The position numbers were made by a program, and so were the translations under genes. A stretch of 64,000 nucleotides of DNA from the human T2T-CHM13v2.0 reference genome, Homo sapiens: NCBI RefSeq assembly GCF_009914755.1, contig NC_060926.1; one strand, written 5' to 3'. The notes below the pieces were generated by a model that had not been told where the DNA came from, ran no database searches, and saw only the letters and a program-made list of their open reading frames with translations. Of this stretch, positions 13,986-26,772 are shown piece after piece (the stretch's first letter is position 1; every line of letters starts with the position of its first letter).

Positions 13986-14216
13986 TTTTGTCTCATTGAT
14001 TCCTTAAACTTGTCCATTTCCCTTTGAGGTATGCAGCATGAGATGTGTGTGTCTGGCACTTTTCTTTTTCCTGCACATGTTTGTTATGGTGCATATAACC
14101 CAGAGAAGCCAATTAAGACCCTCAGCACCCAAACAAAGCAAGGCTTGTTAATTTCCATATGTGTGTATCCCAGTTCTGCACTACCCTTTTGGATTTAGTA
14201 ACACCAGAGTTTCTCT

Positions 14217-14339
14217 TTAAAAAATTTTTTTATTTCCATATATTCATGGGGGCACAAGAGCAATTGCATTGTGGTGAAGTCAGGGCCTTCAGTGCATCCA
14301 TCACTGGAGCAACACACATTGTACCCACCAAGCAAACAG
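14217..14339 (-). mobile_element. Very short L1 (L1PB-like) 3' end
   Basis: gcattgtggtgaagtcagggccttcagtgcatccatcac; 12-bp TSD CAGAGTTTCTCT at 14205-14216 and 14340-14351. Confidence 0.7.
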
Positions 14340-14553
14340 CAGAGTTTCTCTACCTGCTAACCACTGATATTGTGTATGGATGATTCTTTGTTGTGGGGGC
14401 TGCCCCGTGCATTGTGGGGTGCTTAGCAGCATCCCTGGCTTCTACCCACTAGATGCCAGTAGCATGCCACTCCCCAGTTGTAAAAACCAAAAATATTTCT
14501 AGATGTTGCTAAATGTTCCTGTGGGACAAAATTGCTTCTGGTTGAAAGTCACT
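14340..14553. mobile_element. MER20 (hAT-Charlie)
   Basis: gcagcatccctggcttctacccactagatgccagtagca MER20 core. Confidence 0.85.
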
Positions 14554-15949
14554 AAGTTAGATTATTTCTTCAATGGCATGTGCCACTTTCACCCCATGGA
14601 ATGCAGAGAAAATGCTATTATTATTTACACTGGGATAGGTGTATCAGTTGATTCAGAAGGAGAGACTGCAAGCTCAAGGACCCCAGCTGGCCCGGGTTTT
14701 GTGTGGCAGTCCTGAGGCCTGAGAGCTCCATGTTTCAGCATTCCCCAAACTAGAGCACACTGCTGGGGAGTCCTGTCCCAGAACGTGTATATCGATAAAC
14801 TTAATGATCTAGGGGTTCTCATTTGGTCACCTTATTAAGTTCAGATCTTTTTATCTCCTGTTTCATGGAAAGAAAAGAAACTTGGATTCCAACAAGGGGG
14901 AAACATTTTGTACAAATTTGTTGTTTTCTCATTTTGTTGGATTCTGTCATCATAAAAATAGTAAAAGAATAAGTAAATGCTTAAACATTCATAATGAAGC
15001 TGACAGGTCAGCATTTACTATACATTCTGGAAATCAGCATTATAAAAAGTCTGTGAGGGGTTAGTTAGGAAAAGAGGAACTACAGTTTATCAATGCTCAT
15101 TCTAAGCTGATTATGGGCTTATATATTATATAAAACTTCTGATATATGATATATGTAAAGTGTATAGCATATTACATATAGTATATATATTCAGATCCTC
15201 CTAAGACCTACAGTACATATATTTAGATCCTCCTAATAACAGACGGTTATTATATATCTGTTTAAATCTTCTTACCAATTACAGATTTCAGGGCACATAC
15301 TTCAGTATTCTGTAATGTTCAAAGTTAGGCTTTTAGCTGAGCAGTGTTGAGTAATCTTTCCCTTCTTTGCATATAATTACTCCACCCTGCTATATTTTAT
15401 GTATTTTTTCAATGAATATTTATTGAGTACCTATTATGTGCTAGATACTGGTGTCAGAGCTGGTGAAGAAAATAAGTTGAAGATGGAATAGATACTTATT
15501 TACAGTGACAGAATTATCCATTTATCCTGATTCAGCTAAACTAAAAGCATTATAATCATTTGTCAGGAAATACACTCTTTATAACACATCCATTGTGCCT
15601 GTGTAAGGTACTCAGAATCTTTCCCCCTCATATACTCTACCCCAACAAAAAACATCTGGGTGTTTCATGCAGTCAAGTTTCAAAGAAAAACAGTTTGTTC
15701 GATCATTTTCCCATTATATTTTGGTTAAATAATAAATAAGCTTTGGGTGACAAAAACTGACACTGACCCATTTTTACATGATTCAGTGTAGGATAGTTGC
15801 TAATTCAAATAAAATGATCCAATATAAAATTTTATGTGGTGATGTATGAGGCAATGCTTTGTGGTTCTACTCATTTATTAAGCAAGTGCTATTGAGCAAA
15901 CACTAGGTAGCAGGCACTATAATCTATTTATTTCCAGAGTGCTACTCAC

Positions 15950-16153
15950 ATCACTCCTATTTTTGGCATTTGTCTTTGCCAGAACTATATCCATGGCATC
16001 AGGAATGCTGGTGAACTTGTTTCTGTCTGGAGGCTGACGATATTTCTTCTCACTGATGATTTCCGAAGCCCGCTTGTTCTTTTCTGCCTCTAAAGAACCC
16101 AAGGGACTCCATCCTATGCCTCTCAGCCACTCAAGGTCAGATTTATATAGATT
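15950..16153 (-). CDS. NEB: Nebulin exon 54 (204 nt)
   Basis: NLYKSDLEWLRGIGW...KNRSD; AG/GT boundaries. Confidence 0.96.
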
Positions 16154-16347
16154 CTGTGAAAAGACAGAGCAAGCCATCAAAATCCCATTCTCACCTGGAC
16201 CCTTGATTCAAGTGATTCTATGCATTACAAACAGATGCATTTTAGATTTTCAATAATAATTCCTAATTTCTGCTTCTCTTTGACTAAATAGCTACTCATA
16301 TAAAATATGAATTAATATATAAACTATTGGATTTAATAGAAACTGAC

Positions 16348-16659
16348 CTCACTTTGCAGTTCATAAACTTTCTTAGCTTGCACAACATCGTTCTGATCAG
16401 GCAGACATGTCCACTGATGCAGGTAGTTCTTGTAGTCCACGTCACTAACCAACTCCTGACACTTCTTGGCCAGTACCACTCCCAACATGTCCACTGGGCT
16501 GGAGAACTTAGTTTTCCACTTCTCAAAGTCCTTCTTGTATTCTCTTTCACTCTGCATTTTGGCTACATTCATGGACAACACAAGTTTTGGGTCATCTTGC
16601 AGACTCCGGAATCCAACATGGTGGCCAAGTTGCTTTCGGTAGCCTTGTTTGTATTTATA
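16348..16659 (-). CDS. NEB: Nebulin exon 53 (312 nt)
   Basis: [16 protein letters not shown]...YELQSE; GTCAGT donor. Confidence 0.96.
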
Positions 16660-16719
16660 CTGAAATCAGAGAAAACACAGCTCTTTTAGTACACAAAGGC
16701 CAAGTTAAGCTCAACTTGC

Positions 16720-16860
16720 TTTTTTTTCTTTTCTTTCTTTCTTTTTTTTGAGACAGGGGTCTATGTTTCCCAGGCTGGTCTTGAACTCCCAGGCCTACTT
16801 TTCTAGCTTCAGCCTCCCTAGTAGCTGGGATTTATAGGTACATGCCACCTCATCCAGCTT
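16720..16860 (-). mobile_element. Alu monomer (FLAM-like)
   Basis: T-rich tail plus one Alu arm. Confidence 0.8.
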
Positions 16861-18004
16861 CAGTTTGCCTTGTTTTCATGTTTGTTTTCCAAAACTGAAA
16901 TGAGAGAAGTGTTGTCTATGCTAACTTAGTATGGAATGTTTACTTACTTAAACTAAGCCTTGTTTACATGGAAGCTTCTGAAGAAATCTAATGTAATTGA
17001 GTATCAAGAGAGGTTATGATAAGAAATTAATTCTAACTAGATGCAGAAATATATGTTTGGTTGTGCTAGATATTGTGTATTCTGACTTTGGGGTTGTATT
17101 TAATACAGCTCTTGTGATATTCTTATGGAAATGATAATCCTTACGGGCTAAATGGCAGAAAAATCAGGAAGATACATGACTAAGTAAATACGCCTAATAA
17201 TGCAGACTAATCCATTAAATAGCAGGATCTTTTTGTGGTTTGCCATGTGGTTACGTCATATAACCTTGTCCTGTTTGGGATCTATATCTTGCATGTGCAG
17301 ATGGCTAAAAATAACTAAATATGTTAGATTAGGAAGAAAATTCCACAGGAGCTCAACATACTGCCAAATGGGTCAAAATGATTACATAAATTTAAGACAG
17401 TAAAAGTAAAATTTGGTATTTAGATTCAATTAAGAAAAATCACATTAGTACTAGATGACAATAACAACAGTGATAATAATGAGTATACTAACAGCATTTA
17501 CTTGATGTTAGGTGCTGAACACATGTTATACGTTACATGATACCCAGCTTCATTATTACATATATAAAATATTCAGGAGTTTAAGTGGACTTTAACTTCA
17601 ACATAAGCAATCTGACAAAATTGCTTTTTAAAAAGCAGTGCCATAGATTTTGTATGGGGCACAAATAAGCTTTCTGACCTGACCTTCCGTATCAAGAAAA
17701 CAACACTAAATTTTGAGGGATTCTATTTTGACAAGAGTTTTGAAAAAATAGCACAAATTACAAATAGAATGATCAGAAGATTGAAGAATTTATAAAACTG
17801 AAAACAAAGGAGGGCAAATATGAAAATGTTTGAAGACCTATCAAGTGGAAGTGGAAATAGGCTGCTTTGTGGTGTTGTAGAACAGAGATCTAGAGCTTAT
17901 TGGTAAAATATTTAGGCAAAAATAAGAAGGTATATAATGGCAATTAGAAATGATCTAACAAAGAAATGACCTGCCCTGAAGGACTCCAAAATTCCTTTAA
18001 AGAA

Positions 18005-18298
18005 TTTTTTTATTTTTGAGATACCGTCTGGCTCTGTTGCCCAGGCTGGAGTGCAGTGGTGCGATCATGGCTCACTAAAGCCTCAGCCTTCCAAGCTCAA
18101 GTGATCCTCCCACCTCAGCCTCCCAAGTAGCTGAGACTCCAGGCACACACCACCATGCCCAGCTAATTTTTTATTTTTTGTAAAGAAAGAGTCTCACTAC
18201 GTTGCCCAGGCTGGTCTTGAACTCCTGGCTTCAAATCATCTTCCTGCCTTGGCCTCCCAAAGTGCTGAGATTATGGGACGGGGCCACTGCACCCAGCC
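18005..18298 (-). mobile_element. AluJ
   Basis: Reverse-complement dimeric Alu with gctcaagtgatcctcccacc. Confidence 0.92.
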
Positions 18299-19765
18299 TC
18301 CAAAATTCTTATATTTTTAAGTATCTACAGAATTTTGGAGATGGAGAGAAGGTAGGATGCTGAGTGGGAGATTAGATTAAATGTCCTTTATGTTATCTTC
18401 CGACTCTAAATTCTATGATTCTAATTCATTAAATACTTATAAAATTGTTTTAATTTTCTGAAAATTTATAAATACAAGGACATTTGAAATTGAGGGAAAT
18501 ACATCTCTATAATAGTGGGAAAGTTCACTTATAGTTCATTTGAGAGTAAGATTTCAAAAGGTTCGAATTAATGGGTTCACACAAAAAGAAATGAGGTACT
18601 ATCAAATGTTGTTAGGAAATTATTGATGTTATTTCTTCAATTCCTAAACTATCTTTAGCACATAGCACTAAATGGAAATGAGTTTACACATCATTATTGC
18701 TTTAGGCTTATCACCTCATTGATTTATTTTAATAAGGGATTGACCTGCAAGCTGGAGAGTGGGTAATAATATATCATCATATTAATTTTCCAACATTTCT
18801 GGAGTGCCAGAAATTAAGTGAATTAAATAAAATCTTCCCCTATATTCTTAGAATTTATTGTCAGATTCCATTTTTAGGCATTCCTTTCCTGCACTCTGTA
18901 CTTCAACCTGCCTATTAACCAAATCCCTGTTTTCTTTCAAAGATTTTGATTAAGAGGTCCTACTTCCCTATGAAATCCTGGTAATTTATTCACTATAACC
19001 AAGACCTTCTGAATTTTTGTGGTTAAGTTTTGGGATTAACAAAATGATATGCTAGCAATATGCAGAATATCTAAGTAAAATACTTGTAAAAAATTAACCA
19101 ATAGAGACAATACCTAAATAGAGACAATACCTAGTTTTTCACCAGATTTGCTACCGTTTCTAATCATAACTGGAATCTACCTTTGGGAGAGTGAATCTAT
19201 GAACTTTAGATTGGATTTTCAGAAAGAAGAGTTAAGTAAGCCCTTGGGAACTTAAACCTAAATTTCTGGACCTTCTTGGATTTTTTATGTCCCAAGGTAA
19301 TTTATTACAATTATATAAGTGCAAAATGGGCTAAACTGAAATAACTGACAGCCTATTTTAAAATATGTGCATATAAAATCTATCAGCATCAGTTTGTTGA
19401 GGTTGATTTATCATCTGGCACTTTGAATTTGTCTAAAATAGACAAGTAGAAAGCAGTAAAATTATTATATTTTCAGGCAAAGTAGGGAAAACTTGCAATC
19501 TCGGGTCCTTTGTAACATCTCCAAGTAGAGCATCTTACTCTAATGGATCTTAGAGGTCGTCTGGCCCGACCTCTATTCAGGAAGCCCTTTTGACATATGA
19601 ACAGTGAAAGAGAAGAGTGAACTCCGGATAAATGAAGAGGGTAGGAGAAAATGAAGGAAGCATTATATTTTGAAAGGTAAAGACTATCCATAAAAATAGT
19701 TACCGACATTAAGTCACCTGATTCAGATAAAAATATAGCCTTATAGAACTCAAACTAGTACTCAC

Positions 19766-19873
19766 ATCACTAGCAATGTCTCTTGAAGCTTTAGCTAGCT
19801 GTACAGAAATTGCATCAACTGGGAGATCATAGCCTTTCTTCAAAGCTTCTTCCCATCCAAGTTTATAGAGTTT
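19766..19873 (-). CDS. NEB: Nebulin exon 52 (108 nt)
   Basis: KLYKLGWEEALKKGYDL...RDIASD; AG/GT boundaries. Confidence 0.96.
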
Positions 19874-20384
19874 CTGAAAATTAAAGATATTCTTCAGCAT
19901 TATTCTGTCTATATAAAGAATATCAATAGATTATTAGGGAAAAGTTTACCTACAGAGTGAATATCAGATCGAACATCATCTACCCTATCTTTAAAGATAT
20001 GGATAAAAATAAAACAAGCTGTTTAAAGGAGGGGAAAAAGCACTGACTCAGCATCATATGACCTGGCTTTAATCTTTTTTGGCTGTGAGAATCCTGGTGG
20101 TATATTTTATCATAGCTTCTGCTGTTCAGAAACAATATGGTCATATCAGGCATATCACGTATCTTTCTCACTGCTGTTTAATACCGCCTGGGCTTACTAT
20201 TTTGAAGATAGATATTAAGATAATTGCTAATAAAAAGAAAAACAGGTCACAACATTTTAATTAGCTAAGTGATAAAAGCAATAAATGATGAAATGCCTTT
20301 TATAAATTGCAATAATTTAGTTGCAATCTTTCTGAGTTGACTTTACTGATTGAATGGATGTATGTGTGTTAAAACTGGGTAATA

Positions 20385-20605
20385 ACAAAAATAGCTCATA
20401 GTTATCCAGTACTTTCCATGGGCCAGGTACTGTATTGAGAATCTTATACAGAATTTCCCATTTAGTCCTCATGGCAATCCAATGTCATAGGCACTTTTAT
20501 GGTCCCAATTTTAGGGATGAGGAAAGTGAGACTTAGATAGGTAATTGAGTTACCCAGTACTATACATCTCAAAAATGGCAAAGCCAAAACTCATACCAAG
20601 TCTGT
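20385..20605 (-). mobile_element. MIR
   Basis: cccaattttagggatgaggaaagtgagacttag MIR core. Confidence 0.65.
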
Positions 20606-20619
20606 TTGATGCAATTTTT

Positions 20620-20759
20620 ACTTTATTTATGTATTTATTTATTAGAGACAGGGTCTCCCAATGTTGCCCAAACTGGATTCAAACTTCAGAGCTCAAGGGA
20701 TCCTCCTGCCTCAGCTTCCTGAGTAGCTGGGACTACAGGTGCATGTCATCACACCTGGC
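20620..20759 (-). mobile_element. FLAM (Alu monomer)
   Basis: Single Alu arm; TGTTTGATGCAATTTTT repeated on both sides. Confidence 0.85.
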
Positions 20760-21043
20760 TGTTTGATGCAATTTTTTTTCAACAATTTTCTATTGATTTC
20801 CTGCTTGGTATCAAGCACAATGAACACAGAGATAAACAGACACAGAACCTGCTCCACAAAGCATACAGTTGTGGCTGAAGCCTTTGCTCTTAAGCACTCT
20901 ATTTTGCAACATCCTGGGCTAATCAGTGTGTCATTTCCAAACTTCCATTGCTTCAACATTTATATCAGTATTTACTGTTACATTATTTTATAAGTTCATA
21001 AGTTTCAATACAAAACTTAAAATTAATTTTTATATAAATTTAC

Positions 21044-21148
21044 CTGACTATACAGTGTTTGATTCTGCTTGGCTTGTAAAATATCTGGTGTATCAGGCAT
21101 CACATGAATCTTGGTCTTATCTTTATTCCAATCAATGGTGTATAAATG
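21044..21148 (-). CDS. NEB: Nebulin exon 51 (105 nt)
   Basis: [35 protein letters not shown]; AG/GT boundaries. Confidence 0.95.
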
Positions 21149-21590
21149 CTAGGAAGTGGGAAAAAAAGACATGAAATTTGAATAACTGGGACAAGCAGGA
21201 AAGAAAAATATGTATTTATATATTAGTACTTGAATGCACTCAATTTGATGTAGTAAGTAATAACTAAGTAGCATATAATTCAGAAAAGACCCTAAAAACA
21301 AACTCAGATTTAAAAAAAAAATCTTTTAAGTATTTTCTATTTTCTACAATGGACTGAAAGTATTGAAGATATAATAATTAAAAACATAAATAATTTCTAA
21401 CCCAACTAGAAGGTCAAGAGAAGAAAAAAAATAAGAGATGGGCAGAAGAAGATGGTGTAGGGGAATGATCTGGAATGGTTTGCCACAGCCTAGGAATGAT
21501 GGACCTTAATTAGATTTCTCCAAACAAGAACCAGAGCCTGCTAGCCTTTCCTCACGTGGGAGCTGTGTGGACGGCCACTGTTCTCTGTAC

Positions 21591-21797
21591 CTTGTTCATG
21601 GTATGTGCATTCTGCTTGGCAAGCACCATGTCCATGGAATCAGTCAGCTTCTTAAACTGGAAGTTGCTCGGGTGCTGGCGGTATTTCTGATCACTGGCAT
21701 ATTCAGTTGCTTTCTTGGCCTTCTCCACTTCCAGAGAACCTGCTGGACTCCAGCCAAGCCCTTTGTACCATTCATTGTAATCTTGCTTATATTCATT
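21591..21797 (-). CDS. NEB: Nebulin exon 50 (207 nt)
   Basis: [16 protein letters not shown]...HTMNK; GTACAG donor. Confidence 0.95.
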
Positions 21798-21926
21798 CTA
21801 TAAAGAAGATAAGCAAATTCTACTTTATCTTATCCATTTAGACACAAACCATGGCATGTAAACAGACTGTGATCTCCCTTCCCATGCTAGGATTCCAACC
21901 ATCACCCAAGTAGAAGAAAGCCTTAC

Positions 21927-22238
21927 ATCACTCTGTATGCGATTCATATTCCTGGTCAGCTCAATGTTCATTGCATCTGGAAGGAGGATGTACTTGTGAA
22001 TCAGGTGCTTGTAGTTAGTGTTGGTGATGTTGGCTTGGGCATCCTTTGCAGCCGTGACACTGAGCATGTCGGCAGGGGTGTGGTAGCTGGTCTTTGTGTT
22101 CTCATAGTTTTTCTTGTACTCCCGATCAGATTGCATCTTAGCCACTTGCATGGAATGGACTAATTTGGGATCATCCTCGAGACTGCGGAAACCAACCATT
22201 TTCCCCTTCCCTTTTTCATAATTGTACTTGTATTTATA
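21927..22238 (-). CDS. NEB: Nebulin exon 49 (312 nt)
   Basis: YKYKYNYEKGKGKMVG...NRIQSD; AG/GT boundaries. Confidence 0.96.
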
Positions 22239-22414
22239 CTGTGAAGAAAATATGAGTTTTTACACAGAGCAATTCCTTTGACTAAAAATCGATCTAGTGT
22301 CAATATGCTATATTATTTTTGTATAATTATAAAATATAATTAAAAATTATATTTGTATAGAGCTCTATAGTTCACAGACTAATTTTTCATATTTATTGAT
22401 GTAACTGAATACAA

Positions 22415-22545
22415 CTCTCCCTTGTGAGGTAGATAGAAAAGTTCTTATTACTCTCCTCATTTTATAGATGAATAAGCTGAGACCCAGAGAGCTGAGCAAC
22501 CTGCTGAGGCCACTGAGGATTAGAACCCAGATTTTGTGATGATGC
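22415..22545 (-). mobile_element. MIR fragment
   Basis: ctcattttatagatgaataagctgagacccagagag. Confidence 0.65.
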
Positions 22546-23187
22546 ATCACACTGACTTATGCATGTACTTTGCTGTTAGTGCTAAAGAGGCCTTTAGTAG
22601 GTAAAAAGAACACAGAAGATGAAAAAAAAAAGGCAAAAAAACAGAACATTTCTCTTAATGCTGCCCTGAGAAATTATTCTGTCAGTCATTTACTGATGAG
22701 AAAAGTTTCAATTATGAGACACACAGTGTAATTTTAGAATAGCTTTATATTCGTGGAGCTCCTTTTCCTTTAAGACTCTCTAAACTGCTATAATGGGGAA
22801 GAAATTGTACTATTTATCATCCCAACTTTCTTCTACAGAGGGGAGATCTTGATCCATGGAGAGCTTCTTTTTCTGCCTGTCTCCTTTTGGGGTTGCGTGT
22901 GCAAGTTGGGGGTAGAAGCTAGTAGAGCCAAATTACTCCAGCGTAATAGAGGGGAGAAGAATTTGGAGTTCTCAGGATAATAAGAGAGAATGGGATGGGC
23001 TGGATAGGTAGGGAAGATGAAGAATAGAGATGGGAGAGAAAGTAAAACTGATGGGTGACCAAGGAGAGATTGTTTTGAAATATGCTCCTCCCAGGACCTC
23101 CAAGTCATTAAATGTTCCCTGTGAGTGGATTTCTTGTGGAAACAACCAAATGAAAGAATTGAGTTTCATATAGGTGGCATGTCATGA

Positions 23188-23382
23188 CAGTGATGTGTTG
23201 GTACACCTGCTTTTTTGCCGGCCAGCGCAGGGAAAGCCTCACTTTGTAGTGTTTGCCAATTTCTGTGGTGTAAATATGCCCGTCACAGCTGATATCAAGC
23301 CACCGATAGTTTAACAACTGGTTTGCAAAAATTCCTGATTATTTACTCATCAACTATCATGAGCCCAAATGATCAGCACCCT
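23188..23382. mobile_element. hAT-Tip100 (Arthur/MER69-like) fossil
   Basis: cagtgatgtgttggt terminus and tttgccaatttctgtggtgtaaata internal motif. Confidence 0.45.
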
Positions 23383-23756
23383 TGCATACATGAGACATCC
23401 TGTTAGAAAATCAGATCCGAAGAAGCAGGAGGCAAGAACAACACAAGACTTTCACCAAGAAAGCTTAGTGAAGGGCTTTGAATTTCTATAAGCCATAGCC
23501 TTGGTGACAGATTCAAAGTAAGTTTATCTAGATCTCATGAGTCAGGGAGCTGACATCTATGAGGGTCACCATGTGGTTAGCTTGGTGTTTTTTCAGAAAT
23601 ATCAGAGAAAACACAAAAGCAAGGTTAAGAAGCATTCACAGAGAGTGAGACCCACTGTTTTTCATATTGTGTCCACTCAGTGTTTCCAGAACTCAGCCCT
23701 TATTATTTCGGTTCCTTAGAAACCCCCAGCCAGGTGACCGTTTCCTTTGGACTTAC

Positions 23757-23864
23757 ATCACTTGCAATATCTCTGGAAGCCTTGGCAGCTTTGATAGGAA
23801 TTGCATCAGGTCTGAGATCATAGCCTTTCTTTTTAGACTCTTCCAAGGAAAGTTTGTAGAGTTT
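23757..23864 (-). CDS. NEB: Nebulin exon 48 (108 nt)
   Basis: [17 protein letters not shown]...RDIASD; AG/GT boundaries. Confidence 0.96.
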
Positions 23865-24838
23865 CTGTAAAGAGAGGCAAAGGGAAGAGTTTTCTTCTAA
23901 ATATGAAAGCCTGGATTTATTTTAGAAGAGTAAACTACCACTGTGGCGTCTTTTTTTTTGTTTTTGAGCAGAATGCTTCGTTGGTGCTTCAGTGGCTGAA
24001 TGTTCTTACAAGTAACATAACTGTGTTTGAAAAACAATCTATAACAAACTTAAACATATTTTCAAGAAAATACCAGAAAAAGTAAAAGTTACTGGTCTCT
24101 ATTAGGTTGTAAATATACTTTAAAAAATGTGAAAGTCCCAGAGATTCTTATTGATGCAAATAAGAGTTAAAGGAAGACTACAAAACAGCCTTATTCTTAC
24201 ATCAAAAGAAAACATCTCTGTTTTAGAATCAGCACTTTTATTTGTATAATAATGTGGAATCTACAATTAAAAAAAAAGGTCAGCTATTCCAAATCTCTGT
24301 GGAATTCAAACAAAGAAATGATAAAAATAGGATTAGAGGATTTCCTAGCAACTATGATTAGGATGAAAAAGGAAATGAAATAAAATATCAATACATTTGC
24401 ACATTCTTTGTTTTGGGGTTTTGCCCCAGATTCTTCAAAATGTTCTTCTTCCCTTTCCATTTAACCCCTTCTTTAGAACCATCTCAAAGGCTTGATGGAA
24501 GGGCTGTCTAAGAACGAAATTCTAGGACTCTCATTTCCTTTTTCTCTTCTCCTGGCCCCGGAGCCTGTTTCTTTCTACCAAATCTCTCAATTTAATAAGG
24601 AGTGCCCCCCTAGAACAAAATCCAATCACACCGTTCAAATTCTTAACTGCTTGGCCCAACCCCATCCACAGTCCTACTCCAACTCCGCAAAGCAAAATTA
24701 GAAAGAGTCTCATGTGTGGATTTCCACCATTATTTTTAAAACATTCACTCTCATAACTGAGAGAGATATTAATTAATTTGTTCTTACTGGTTCAAATCTG
24801 CTGGAGAGAAAGATGACAACAGGGGGAACTATACTTAC

Positions 24839-24943
24839 ATCACTCATATTAATTGCATTTGCCTTTGCCAAAATAATCTGGGGGATATCAGGCATGATGT
24901 GGACTTTGGTTTTGTCAGCCTCCCATGCTTGTTTGTAGAGATG
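24839..24943 (-). CDS. NEB: Nebulin exon 47 (105 nt)
   Basis: [35 protein letters not shown]; AG/GT boundaries. Confidence 0.96.
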
Positions 24944-25064
24944 CTAGGAAAAAAACAGTGTAAATTAGTGTTTAAAATCTTAAAAGAAGCTCACTTAGTA
25001 CATACATATCATTGTACATATATATCAATATTTCATGTATTTTTATTAGCTAGGTTTAAATTAA

Positions 25065-25375
25065 TTAATTTATTTATTTATTATTTTTGAGACAGAGTCT
25101 TGCGCTGTCACCCAGGCTGGAGTGCAGTAGTGCAATTATGGCTCACTGCAACCTCCACCTCCCAGGCTCAAACAATCCATCCTCCCACCTCAGCCTCCTG
25201 AGTAGCTGGGACTACAGGCATGCACTACCATGCCTGGCTAATTTTTGTATTTTTTGTAGAGATGGGTTTTTGCCATGTTGCCCAGGCTGGTTTCAAACTC
25301 CTGAGCTCAAGCAATCCACCTGCCTTCACCTTCCAAAGTGCTAGTATTACAGGCATGAGCCACTGCACCTGGCCC
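25065..25375 (-). mobile_element. AluJ
   Basis: (TTTA)n tail followed by reverse-complement dimeric Alu. Confidence 0.93.
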
Positions 25376-26377
25376 AAAAAAATTTTAATGGAAAAGTTGC
25401 TTATTCAAACAATACAGCAGGGAGGATGTAAGATGGAAAGTAAAAATGTTTTTTCCCCTTATCTTACAGCATGAAGGTAGCATTTGCCTCCTAAAATTTT
25501 CTGTGTAAATTAAAACAGACATATAGTCCTTTTTAAATATACATGAAGTCATGTTCTACATCTTGATTTTTAACTTAATAATATAGGTTAGACATATTTG
25601 AACCTTCTTAAAATAATTTACTTCATTCATTTTTAGAGCTACGTAGTATTTCATTAGGAGGTATAATCTAATTAATTTAATCAGTTCTCTGGTGATGAAT
25701 ATTTAACTTATGGCCTCTAGCCTTTTTCTGCTACAAGCAATGTCATGATCCTTGTGGTGGACATGGAGATGTGCCACCAATATACTCATTCAAGGAAGGA
25801 CCTGATTCCCCAACTTTTGGCAAATAGTCTCCAGTCACCAGCTGTCTCACTCAAGAGTATGCCCTTCCCAGATAACCACATTCAACAACTCATCGAAGTG
25901 GGGGTACAAAGATCTAGCCATTTCAGTTCAGTGCAGGTCTCTACTGACAGAGACACTTGAGAGCCCTCTGTGGGACTGGCCAAGACTTTGTCATGCCAGC
26001 ATCACTGTTCAACTTCTCCTCCGGCCTAGTCCTTCTTCCCAAAGACTAGGATCCCTAAAAAATACTCTGTACTCCAATTTTCATCTTAGCGTCTCCTTTC
26101 AGAAACCCTAAACTGCAAAACATATTCTTGTGTGTATGTATGTATGTATGTATATCTTTGCACACATATATAAGGATTTCTATAGGGTAATGATACCTGA
26201 GTTTTAAATTTTAACGAACATTAACAAATGGCCCATTAAAAGTTTGCTTTAACAGAAACTCCCTTACAGATATTGCATGTAACACAGCTATTTAATATTT
26301 GCAAATGCAATAGATGATAAATGCTATCTCTTTGTTTTAGCCCATCTTAATTAAAATAAGAATAACCTTTTTCTGGA

Positions 26378-26570
26378 CTAGAGATTGGCAAACTTTTTCT
26401 GTATAGACAGAAATTCCTTAAATTTCAGGCTTTGTGGGCTAAACAATTGCTGTCATTAGCTACTCAACTCTGCTGTTGTAGTCCAAAAGCAGCCAGAGAC
26501 CACACGCCAACAAACAGCTGTGGTTGTGTCACTATAAAACTTTATTTACAAAAACAGTCATTTTTCTGAA
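26378..26570. mobile_element. MER58A-like
   Basis: ttggcaaactttttctgta...actcaactctgctgttgtag...aaaactttatttacaaaaacag. Confidence 0.75.
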
Positions 26571-26581
26571 CTCTGTTTTAG

Positions 26582-26772
26582 ACCAGCACTATACAATAGA
26601 ACTTTCTGTAATGATGGAAATGTTCTGCATAATCCAATATGGTAGAACCTAGCCACATAGGCCGATTGAGTACTTGAAATGTAGCTAATGTGAATGAGAA
26701 ACTGAATTATTAATATGATTTATGTAAATATAAATCAACACATGTGGCTAGTAGTAATAGTATTGGACAGTG
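26582..26772. mobile_element. MER3-like
   Basis: caatagaactttctgtaatgatggaaatgttct...cacatgtggctagt...ttggacag. Confidence 0.8.

Noticed and set aside
25750-26115. Possible ancient LTR fragment
   Set aside because: Too degenerate to assign a family or boundaries by eye.
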